From Nitrospirales bacterium (GTDB taxonomy: Bacteria; Nitrospirota; Nitrospiria; Nitrospirales; UBA8639), in contig CBDBCZ010000016.1 in the NCBI GenBank assembly GCA_965203295.1, positions 640,001 to 704,000 on the forward strand: DNA of 64,000 bases, given 5' to 3'. Below, one piece after another: positions 53,701-64,000 of the stretch. Position numbers and translations under genes: made by a program. Positions within the stretch are counted from its first letter, which is position 1; the number at the start of each line of letters is the position of its first letter. The notes beneath the pieces were generated by a model that worked only from the letters and a program-made list of their open reading frames with translations, did not search any database and was not told where the DNA came from.

Positions 53701-53950
53701 CATTCTTATGGGCTGGGGTGGTCCTGCCCACGACAGCGTTTCTGTTTCTCACCTGATCATGAGGGAGCTGTATAGGGTTCACTGGCGGCAGGATTGAGAG
53801 ACGCTCTGTTCGGGGTCCCACCGCCTGTGGAAGTGGGTTAGTGGGAGGCTGGTGGGATTCCCGTGGGGGTTGGCGCATAAACTGAGCGACCGTCAGAGCT
53901 GGAGGTGGGCGGACGGCTTGCCGACTCTTGCGTGTTACTCATTTTGTGAG
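50701..53950 (-). mobile_element. Decayed DIRS-type retrotransposon, copy B (longer at the gag end, lacks the RNase H part)
   Basis: Colinear high similarity to 47299-50480; RT-like fragments HYVSDFIV..PGMDEC and ELGVHIQLDKREG; gag-like DYIDFVDLPPAK. Confidence 0.7.
51797..52193. mobile_element. hAT-like MITE in DIRS copy B
   Basis: TAGGCATG...CATGCCTA termini, 8-bp TSD AACGTTTG; empty site in copy A at about 49286. Confidence 0.8.
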
Positions 53951-54374
53951 AACATTTCGAAGCAGCGGAATGTCATTTTTGTTTTCAGTCTCATGGCTGT
54001 TGTATGAGCCTGCCAATTTCATGTGGCATGTGCGTCCCACATGCTGCCAGTTTCATGTGTATTCACCCCGGCCCCCACATTTTACCCTCTCGAGTTAGCT
54101 TGCTTTCACTATAGTGTTTATTTGGCTGAATGGAGTAGTTTTTCTACTGCAAAACTGCTAGTGCTAGTTGAGACGACTTCTTGCATATTCTTGTCGTGTT
54201 TTGTTGTTTTGATCTAACATATATTGTAGTTAGTATGTTTCACAGTGTTAGGAGTGATAATTTTGTCGTGACATCATCAGCCATGCCCTTGGGAATAGGG
54301 TTTCTATATTAAATGGTACTATATATAAAAAAAAACAAAAAACGGACTACGAGTACGTCATAAAATCTTTGGGG

Positions 54375-54463
54375 GGAAGTGCTGATTAATCTCATTGAAA
54401 TGTAGGACCTACATTTCAATGAGATTTAGGACCTACATTTCAATGAGATTAATCAGCACTTCT
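54375..54463. repeat. Palindrome with internal duplication
   Basis: GAAGTGCTGATTAATCTCATTGAAATGTAGG...CCTACATTTCAATGAGATTAATCAGCACTTC. Confidence 0.75.
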
Positions 54464-57400
54464 ACCCAACGAAAAATAATAAACAGCAGGGGGTGGGGGA
54501 GGGGAGGGGGTGGCGCAGTTTCTCCTCCTTATCAATTAAAGCAGTGGGTGCCAGGTAGTAGCACAGGATGGATCAACTAAGCTGTCCAGATGTTTCTAGT
54601 AGTTTTGCGAGCCACTTCAATCTTTTTTGACAATTTAAGATATGCATATTGGAGCATAATGAGTGAAGCATAATGGTCTGTATCCTTGAGGATAAAGCAT
54701 AATGGGCTAAAAGAAATTTTAATGTACATGGGACTACTCGCCAGCCAGCCTCAGGAGGCAAGACACGTGTTCATTGGTTTCGTTTCTAGACAGTGATATT
54801 ACATTACATTGTGTCACACGTCAATTAGTGAGGTGGTACTGCACTGAACTTTGAATCCACATAATTCTTCTCATGAATAAGTAATGAGATGTCATTTACG
54901 TGGTACTAATGAACATGTTTATTTTTTCCCATGGTGGCAATCAGAATCAATAAGGGGAGGGGTGTCGCTTTGATGTAGATAACGGCTCTTTGTTGTGTGA
55001 TATCAGCACTTCGTTGTGGTTGAGCGGTACTCTGATGTTACACTCTTTTTTTTTTAGTTAGGACCACGTATAGTGGAAAGTAGGCTAATAACAGCTGAAT
55101 AACTAGCTAGCTAGTGTTCCACAAAGTTTGTAAGGCTGCTGAAGTGCCTAGATGTCAGCCAGACAGACAGTGGCTGACAGGCTTTTGGCCGACTTTGGTG
55201 GGCTAGTGTTTTGACCTTTCAATTTCTGGTCTGTAGGCCCTGCCCATTGTTGTAGCTAGCTGTGTGAAAATTTGTGGAGTTTGTTTTGGTAGGTGGTTCT
55301 CAGCAACTGAGGGATTAATGGAAAAACGCTAACATAGATTTGTTGTGAGTTTAAATTTGTAAAGGCAGGGCTTGATTTTGTGGGTGGAAATGGGTAAGTA
55401 GATAATTTTTTGAAAGACGGGATAGCGAAAATGAGCATTTTGGTGTGGTTGGATGTGTTCTGGGCTGTAAACCTAGGCTTAAAGCATTCCTGTAGAAAAA
55501 GCCAACAGACAGCTATCGTCTGCAGGTACGGTGATGTTGTCAGACTGTGGGTGGGGCTCTAGCCGTTCCAGTAATTTGTCTTTTTTATAGTAAACAATCC
55601 GAAATTGCATTTTTGCGGATTATTTAGCAGACAGTGTGATTAGGTGTACATTTTCATAACATAGCCCCCCCCCCCCCCGGCAATGATACTGCACACCTTT
55701 GTAGAACCATACGGATGCTTAGTATATGTTACTATAGTAACAAGTGTATGGAATAATTTTCAAAGGGCATAGGAAGCTGTGCAAGAAACCATGGGAATAG
55801 CTCCAAACATGTACTAAATAACTCAGAGCATGGGCAGCTATGTTCTAACTAACCTCGGCTTCGCCTCAGCCTAGTTAGAACGTTGCTGCCCATTCTCTAA
55901 GCTATACTTAGAGAGTATTTCAATTTGTGGGTGCACTCTCGTGGCTTCATTGTCGTACTACTCAGTACTACATAGAAAATTATGCTTGAAGTCCCCCCCC
56001 CCCCCCGGAAAGGTAGTGGTACGGGGTAGTGCACAACATCCTTGTAATGGCCACAAGACTCTTCAAGCTTGGGCCCTTTAAACCCCGTAGACGTCTACAC
56101 ACGTCATTAAGAATATACCGAGGTGCGTTTTGATACTCCTTTCACTAGTGAGATATGGCGGGAAATGTGAGTTTTGTCAGAGGCAAGTAAAATTGCGGCA
56201 AAAAGTAGATAGAAATGAGCTTTTAACAAGCACCTCGGTAGATAGTAGAAGTCTGAACTGTTTCTGTGACGGCTTGACTGCCAGTAGGTATAAGGAGAAA
56301 TGTTAAGAAAGTGATGAAAGTATGTTTTTATATATCAATAATGGAAACACATCAACACCCAAGAAATCTGCAGACAAAGATCATGCCTAAAATAGTGACA
56401 TGTTTTTGGGACCAGTCAAGTATCACCCCCAGTTAAATTGTGGAAGAGTCATAGAACCCTGAAGCTAAAGTGAGTTCTAGGATTGCAGCCTATTGAGTTT
56501 CAGCCATGTGGTGGCTAAGCATCGCTCAGTGAGTGTTGTAGGGTCACATGATACTCACACCTGTCGTTGCTTGGCACTTGTACCATCTTTGTAAAAGCAG
56601 TCAACACTGGACGTTGGTTTGCCTTGTGTGCCAGCATAGCATATCCCTGTGTGTGACTATCCCCTCTTTATTTACAAGATGATAAACTAACGAAGATTTT
56701 TGAATACACTCCTAATTACTCCATGTGTATGCAGCGGGGTTAAACGCTTGGTTTTGACCATCTGTGTCCGTCTGTCCCGTGAAAAAAATTGCAGGGTAAG
56801 ACGCTTGCTATTCCCAGCAATAAATAAAAAGAATGTACACTTGTGATCTTTATAGTGGCCAAATTAAACGATTATATTTCTGTATTCCAGCTCTTTCTTA
56901 TTTAACATCAGTATGGTCTGCTATTTTTAATCAATTAACACACCCCGCTACTTTTTTTACAAATGGAACCCTTGGACTTTAGACTTGCCTTGCTTGTGCT
57001 GCATTCAAGCTGTATGTGGGCATGACCAATTGCCATATTAATGACACGGGCGCTTCTTTACGTATACTCCAGTATGAACTCTGTGTCCTGAGACTGCATA
57101 TGCCCGCCCTCTGTCGTATTGCAGTTTTTGACCGTATTAAAAATAGCAAAACTTACCGTGGTGAATAAGTGCTGGAAATGTGGAGAATAGAAATCGCTTT
57201 GATCACTATCAAGATTGCACACATTGTAGATTTCAATGTTACTGTCGGGTTTAGCAATTGCTTAACCATGCATGTAAATCGTGAGATAGCCCGATTTCTG
57301 AGTGAACAGACAGACGGTCGAACGGACAGACAGAACCAATCACTTAACCCTGCCGCACACGCGCGGGGTAACTAGAATATGATGGGCATCAGGCGTATGT

Positions 57401-59422
57401 GGACTCTGGACATGTTTTCATATTGGCGCATATGTAAAAAAGCATCCGTTAAATAAATATCATGGCAATTGGTCACAGAGTCCAGAGCCCAGAGTCCCAT
57501 TTGTTGCATGGAGTATGTCTCTTCTAGTTTGCAGAGCGTTTATTGTTGTAGTAAGTAATCAACTGGGAGAAAACGGTATTGAACCACAGCACGAGGCCTA
57601 AATCCTCACGCATGCACACCACCTCCCGCTCCCTAACTCCTTCCACCAAGACACTCACCGCTCGCACGTTAACCCAGTTTAACTACATTAAAATGTATAT
57701 AGCTCATGAAGCCTTATAACAACCGTATCAAATGCCCATGGGCGGGGAACCTTAGAATGCAGCGGAAGAAGGGGGTGGGCACTTACTACGTATTCGTCCG
57801 CAAACGGCATGTAGTATCCGCCCACTACCCTGGAAGTGAGGAATCCTCACCTTGATACCATCCAGGTGAATTAAACGTATAACTAAAGCACAATGAGCGA
57901 AATTAAGCCGTAAAATTCGATCTTTAGTGTGCTTTAATTGGAATACCAATGGTAAATCGCCTAGCTACTTCGTTTTTCAGCTATATTTTGCAGTTATCTG
58001 CATGCTTTTATAGCTATTCTAATACATATGCTTCCGTAGTTGGTTAAAGAAGGCTATACTTACATGTACCTTGTTTCCTCACTTTGCATTGTGCATTTGC
58101 AATGCGTTCGAGTGGGCGGATACTACGTGAATAAACATACCCCTTGCAGGAAGTTGACGCTGAAGAGGGGGGTGGGCGCATAATACATGGTGGGCGCTTG
58201 ATGCATACTCTACGGTATATCTAGAGCTGAGTTTAAAACATGTGGTAATTAGTTTCCATGCCATCTCTATATAGCTATGGACTGCTACTGTACTTCACTT
58301 CTCAATCGTACTGCCTATCTCATCTCAAGTACACATACACAGCTGTGACTAGCTTCAGGCTAGTAATAACGTACATTTAGCTGGTAGTCTTCTCCATATA
58401 CTCGTTTTATACTTCTTCATAGCTCGTTTCTCAATTAAATTCACTGTAGCACTGAAAAAACTGTAAGTTAGTTGCCTGAATTGCAGACTGGCTGATGAGA
58501 CTATACATATATATACACAATTTTAATGGTAAAAATGTCACATTGTATACAACGCCAGGGGGTAAGAGTATGTCTAGTACTAAATTAGATTCTCATTCCA
58601 TGTTCGGGGTCTAATTCCCATTCCATGTAACCCCTTGTAATGTTCATTCCTTCTGTTTACATGTATGTTGTTGGATATGATTATGCAGCATATAATATTA
58701 TATGTGGGGACAGTGTTGGCTTGTAAATGTTTGTGGGTATAATGTACAAAATTCTGAAATGAAAAGCTCTTCATCACCTAATTTTGGGGTCTGATCATAT
58801 TATTTGCGTGGACGTGCAGCATGAAAGAGTATATAGGCAGTTAAAATTTGTAACGCAGGCAAGCAGTAGTAAGAAACAGCTGAACCCGAGAGGCTTGTCA
58901 GCATACATGTACTCTCTCCCATAGCTACCTTGAGCTGTGGGGGGCAGTGGAGAGAAAAGATCAAAAGTGCTCGATTATGCAGCTTCTCTTGGCACATACT
59001 GTAACAGTGTGATGACTAGCAGTGGGTCTGTAGCAATTATCCCATACATTTACAGATGGTTACCTGACGGCCGATGTCTATCCTAGGTTCTTGACACTAT
59101 TGTTTTGACGGACCAACAGACAAACGGACAAGCTATTAGTACTAGAAAGGGAAGAGAATTTTCAATAGTGAGATATGAGTAAAATTCACATATGTACACA
59201 CGGGATAATTAGTGATCATGTATGTGGTAATATTATGCAGTGTACATGTGGTATGTGGGACAACAGTGTGAGTGTACTGCGCATGTGTGCTGAGAGTGTC
59301 CTATATATGGTAGCATTAGAATTTGAATGTATGGAGGAGAGAAGTCCTCTTGATCTTGTTCTTTGATTGGAGATTGTACAAGCTCTACTTGCACCTGTGG
59401 CTTAAACACTACGGTTGCAATA

Positions 59423-60468
59423 CAGTGGAATACCCCTCTCCTAGCTAACTCCCCTGAAATCCAGTCATCTACTGTAATGCAGAATTCCATTAACTTATGT
59501 ACTAATAAACTCCCAGAATGGGACACCTCGCTAATCTGTAAAGCGGACGGGTTTTCTGGCCCCAACAGTACCTAGCTTAACTCATTGCACGCCGTACGCC
59601 ACTTAAGTGGATATTACGTAATCCTTCCGCTACGCCACACGCCACTATAGTGGCTTTAGAAATGGCAAGTTAGCTGTACGGCCAGGAGGGGCAACCCCTT
59701 CCTTTATTAGCCATTAAATTGAGTAGAGTGATTACTAATAATGATGTAAGTGTACCGAAAGTCGATCTAATCTGTAATAGAACGGATACATACGACAAAA
59801 TATACAATCGATCAAAGCGACTAGCTATGGCTACCTACATTGCTATGCCGTTAGTTGGGCTCTGTAGTCAACTTCACTGGCAGATATGTTGGTAACTGGT
59901 TCAGGGGAGAGTCGGGGGCTTCAGTAGGACCATCGTTCTTTGCCGCCTGAGTGTGAAGACAACAGTTTCGTATCGAACTTACCGTGTATCCGGTTATCGA
60001 TCCTGAAGCCCTTCTTGGATCCAATCCGCCGCCCTTTTTGCCTTTAATGGCTGTAGCTGGTAGTCTTCTAACAAGTACAATGCAGAATTCGCTGGATACT
60101 TGAGTTGGTAATCATAAAAATAGCCAAACAGTGAACTAAAACTTTTAGTACGCCATTGTTGTAGAAATTATAGCGTGGAGCATCACGCGCGTGACGTAAT
60201 TACGGTGTTCAATGAGTTAATTAATCACCCACAACCGCTGTTTCATCACACTGTATTTTCGCTACTATCGATAGTGCTAATACTAGCAATGCTTTAGGAG
60301 CCTTCTTACCAATTCACAGCAAGCTAAAGCTCGGTCATGTTGTATTAAAATGGTTGAGTGCGTGTTGCCGTGCCTACTGGAAATTTAAATGGAAGCCCCT
60401 GAAATACGAATGGCTCCGTATTTTGGACACACCTGCGGGGTCCCAATTGTGTTAGAGAGGTTCCACTG
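59423..60468. mobile_element. Tc1/pogo (Tigger)-like non-autonomous element
   Basis: TA|CAGTGGAA...TTCCACTG|TA termini. Confidence 0.65.
59581..60216. mobile_element. piggyBac-like non-autonomous insert nested in the Tigger-like element
   Basis: TTAA|CTCATTGCACGCCGTA ... TACGGTGTTCAATGAG|TTAA. Confidence 0.7.
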
Positions 60469-60626
60469 TATGACTGTTTGGTGATTAGCAGATGTCTATT
60501 TAAAGTATTGAATTGACTCTAAAATAGTAGTGCCAATTATAAGGTGATGTTGTTCTTAGTGGTAGTGGTTCTGTCTATACTATTTACAGATATTGTGAGC
60601 CAGTACCCTTATATTTCTTTTATTAG

Positions 60627-62875
60627 GGTTTATAGGCGAAGTCACAGACAGTAGTGCTGAGTGGGTGATGGTTTCAACTGACGAAATTAATGGTACGCTT
60701 AAGTGTGGATACAAATAAACTCTGTTCTATAGGTGAAGCATACACTTAAGATAGTGTTATATGTAATTGCAATAGTCTTGTACGCCATTGAGTGTGTACT
60801 TTGAGTGATAACTTTAGAACAAAATCTACTGCAGCAGGTATGACTATAGACTGTTTAGAATCAGGGGTATAGTTACTATCAATACCACTGGAGATGAGAA
60901 AGTCATAAAGGAGGTCTGAAGAACGAACTTTGATAAATAATAACCTTTTAGCAGCACTGGGGCTCCTCCATAAACAAAGTGAAAAATAGGTGGTTGTACA
61001 TATTCATGGAAGATAAGAAAACAGGTGATGTTATTAAATTTTTGTACAGTGTAATTTTCACTCACTCACTCCTTGGCATTATAAGAAGTAAATGTAAACC
61101 AAGGTTCAATCCACACTCTTGCAGCTGAAGAATCTGAGGTACCAGGACAGCTAGAAATACCACCTCCCAAATCTGAAGAAATACAAGGTTTGTTCCCCTT
61201 ACCACCAGAATGTGCAGTATCATGCAACTATTATTTTTTTGGATGTCACTTTGGTACAAAAAAAATCCTTAGAGCTAACTTGTTACCAAGAAGAATGCAA
61301 CTTAGTTAGGCAATCTTTCACTCTTGACATTTGCAAATCTACATGCATCCTTACAGCTATAGAAACTGAGGTAACCAGACAGCTGGGAGTACCTACAGAC
61401 TCTAACACTGAAATACAGTCTGAGGTTGATACGACCTCTCCTACCAATGAAATGCAACAAGGTCTGTTCTCATTGTACCGGAATGTGCAACTATTATGTC
61501 TCCCTAGGGCTTGCTTGCATCAAGGAGATGCACATCTTAGTTAGGCAAGAATTGTCCTTGGCATTTCCAAGTGTTGAAGTTTACATATAAACCCAGGTCC
61601 TTATCCCTTACAGCTGCGGAATCTGAGGGAACCAAACAGCTAGAAGTATCTGCAGGTTTTTCTCACACCAGTAATGGAATACAGCGTGAGATTGATACAC
61701 CATTTCCTACAACACCTAAAGAAATGCAAGGTTTGTTCCCTTGTACCAGAATATGCAGTATCATTTTTTGTGGAAGTTGCTTTGTAGCAAAAAATATCGC
61801 TTAGAGCTAGCTAAGTAGCAAAAAGTATGTTTTTTTTAGTGGGCAAAATTTGACTACTCATGCACTCCTTGGCATTTGCAAATAGTAAATATAAGCCCAG
61901 GCTCGAATACACATGCACCCTTCCAATTACAGGAACTGAGGTAACCAGACCGCTAGAAGTACCTACAGACTCTAATGCTGAAGTACAGTCTGAGGTTGAT
62001 ACAACTCCTGCTACCAAAGAAATGCAGCAAGGTTTGTTACCATTGTACCAGAATGTGCAGCTTTCAATGTATATGGTGTCCCATTGGAGCTAACTTGCTG
62101 TCAAGAACACAGTGCATCTTATTTAGGCAAGATTTCTCCTTGGCATTTACAAATGTTGTCATTAACCATAAACCCAGTCCCAAATCCATCCCCTTACAGC
62201 TGCAGACTCTGAGGTACCCACACAGCTAGAAGTACCTGCAGGTTCTTCTCACACCAGTAATGGGATACAGCATGAGAAAGATACCCCATCTCCTACCACA
62301 CCTGAAGAGATGCAAGGTTTGTTCCCATTATACCAGAATATGCTACTGTTGTTTTTTGGAAATCACTATATTATTACAAAAAGAAAAGAGCTATAGCTGA
62401 TCATCAAAAAGTTTGCATCTTAGTTAGGTATAATTTGAATGCTCACTCCATGGCAATAATGTAAACCCAGGCTCAAATCCACGTGCCCCCTTGCAGCTAC
62501 AGGAACTGAGGTAACCAGACAGTTAGAAGTACCTGCAGGCTCCTCTCACACCACTAATGGAATACAGCATGACATTGATACACCATCTCCTCTCAAACCT
62601 GAAGAAATGCAAGGTTTGTTCCCATTATATTTTATAGCAAAAATAACAGAAGCTCCTTTGAGGTAGCTACTTAGTCATCAACAAGTGCATCTTATTTAGG
62701 CAAGATTTTACTACTCACTTCTTGACATTTGCAAATAGTAAATGTAAACCCATTCTTGCAGCTACAGGAACTGAGGTAACCAGACAGCTAGAAGTACCGG
62801 CAGTTTCTACTCACACCGATGCTGAAACACATGGTGAGATGAACCTCTCTGCCAAACATGAAGAAATGCGACAAA
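60627..62875 (+). CDS. Exon 60627-60692 plus seven tandemly repeated symmetric phase-1 exons encoding acidic S/T/P/E-rich repeats; probable continuation of the 45108 gene
   Basis: AG/GT-bounded exons with lengths divisible by 3: 61125-61187, 61357-61461, 61614-61730, 61933-62031, 62200-62316, 62497-62613, 62762-62875; consensus A.E.EVTRQLEVP...EIDT.SP..PEEMQG. Confidence 0.75.
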
Positions 62876-63219
62876 GTTTGTTAGAGTGTGCAATATCATG
62901 CAATGTTTATTTGCTGTTGCATTCATACTTTGTTAAGGCATGGATATTAGAGCGGTTGAGTTGGATAGGAAACGCGCGCGCCCCGCCGTTCGTAATGTAT
63001 GGCGTTGCGGCAATCCTTTGAAGTACAGCGAGTTACGTGCGGCACCGGAAGTTCAGTGATCGGTAGATTTACTACACGGCCGCGTTTCCACTACATGCGA
63101 TATGTACCATGCTAACGAGGCTCTAAATAGAAGCGCTTGACCCTAGACGAGGTGCGAAGAAGTGCGTGCGAGAGTTTGAGCTCCTACTTGGTCGAAACTA
63201 GCGAAAACCAGCGATTTCC

Positions 63220-63540
63220 GGCTACAGTATGGTACTTTGGTACCCATATGAGCGAGAGTTATACTGCTACAGCCTGAATTCCAGCGCCATCTGTTAGCAT
63301 TCGAGACGGTCTAGGGCCATTGGGGTGAGTTGTATTGTCAGTGTTTCATTTTAAGATAGAGTGAGAGTAAGCAACCCCGGAGGGCTACAGTACGGTACTT
63401 TGGTACCCATATGAGCGACAGTTATACTGCTACAACCTGAATTCCAGCGCCATCTGTTAGCAATCGAGACGGTCTAGGGCCATTGGGTTAAGTTGTATTG
63501 TCAGCATCTTTCATTTTGGGATGGAGTGAGAATAAGCATG
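63220..63540. repeat. Tandem duplication, ~162-bp period, 2 copies
   Basis: GGCTACAGTA.GGTACTTTGGTACCCATATGAGCGA...GAGACGGTCTAGGGCCATTGGG at about 63220 and 63383. Confidence 0.85.
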
Positions 63541-63739
63541 CTGGGTGCTATAAAATGATGATTGCATTATCCTATCCAAGAAGGCATGTATTTTAAAGCT
63601 GCCAAATTCACATTGGAAGTTCGTAATACACTGCTATTGGGCCATGTATCCTCAGAAAGTAAATACAAGTGAAGTAACTTACTGATGAAAGCCACACGGA
63701 ATACGTACAAAATACATGGGTGCTATTTCACTGTATTAG

Positions 63740-64000
63740 ATCCACCTCGGAAGAAGCGCTTCAAGCACCGCAAACAAGAGAGTAGGGCTAAGCGACTGCA
63801 GCATAAGCAGAAGAAAAAGGTGAGGACCAACATTGCTCACCGTTCGTGTAGTAGTGTCACTCTAACTCTTACTGCTCTCCAGATGGAAGACATCCCCTCA
63901 CCTGGTGAGCATGGGAGAGTGGAAGAGTTCCCCTCACCAGGCGAGCACGAGATTGCTGAGCATGAACGAGCCGAGGACCTCCCCTCACCTGGCGAGCACG
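63740..64000 (+). CDS. Two putative exons (63740-63819, 63883 to window end) of unknown gene: basic NLS-like segment followed by PSPGEH repeats
   Basis: tag|AT...AAG|gt and cag|ATG join in frame: DPPRKKRFKHRKQESRAKRLQHKQKKK-MEDIPSPGEHGRVEEFPSPGEH. Confidence 0.45.

Overview
Eukaryotic, intron-rich, AT-rich animal DNA. Many 45-70 nt introns and the repeat content suggest an early-branching metazoan such as a demosponge (inference only). The window is dominated by one giant + strand gene (about 1359-37746, about 60 hand-traced exons, roughly 5,300 codons) encoding an RNF213/mysterin-like multi-AAA+ protein with an unusual architecture: an N-terminal protease-associated (PA)-like domain, an insertion in AAA3, no recognisable RING or RZ zinc finger, and a C-terminal SAM domain. 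A second gene with the same PA-like first domain starts at 45108. It continues into a long Pro/Gln/Glu repeat and probably, after a 14 kb TE-filled intron, into an array of seven tandemly duplicated symmetric phase-1 exons (61125-62875). This looks like a tandem paralog. Introns and intergenic DNA hold a 5'-truncated LINE, two decayed DIRS-type copies, a tRNA-Thr(AGT)-like sequence, a Ulp1-PHD transposon remnant and many nested MITEs. The MITE target-site duplications point to AcademH, IS3EU, Kolobok, hAT, piggyBac and Tc1/pogo classes. All exon models and family assignments were made by eye, without alignment tools.
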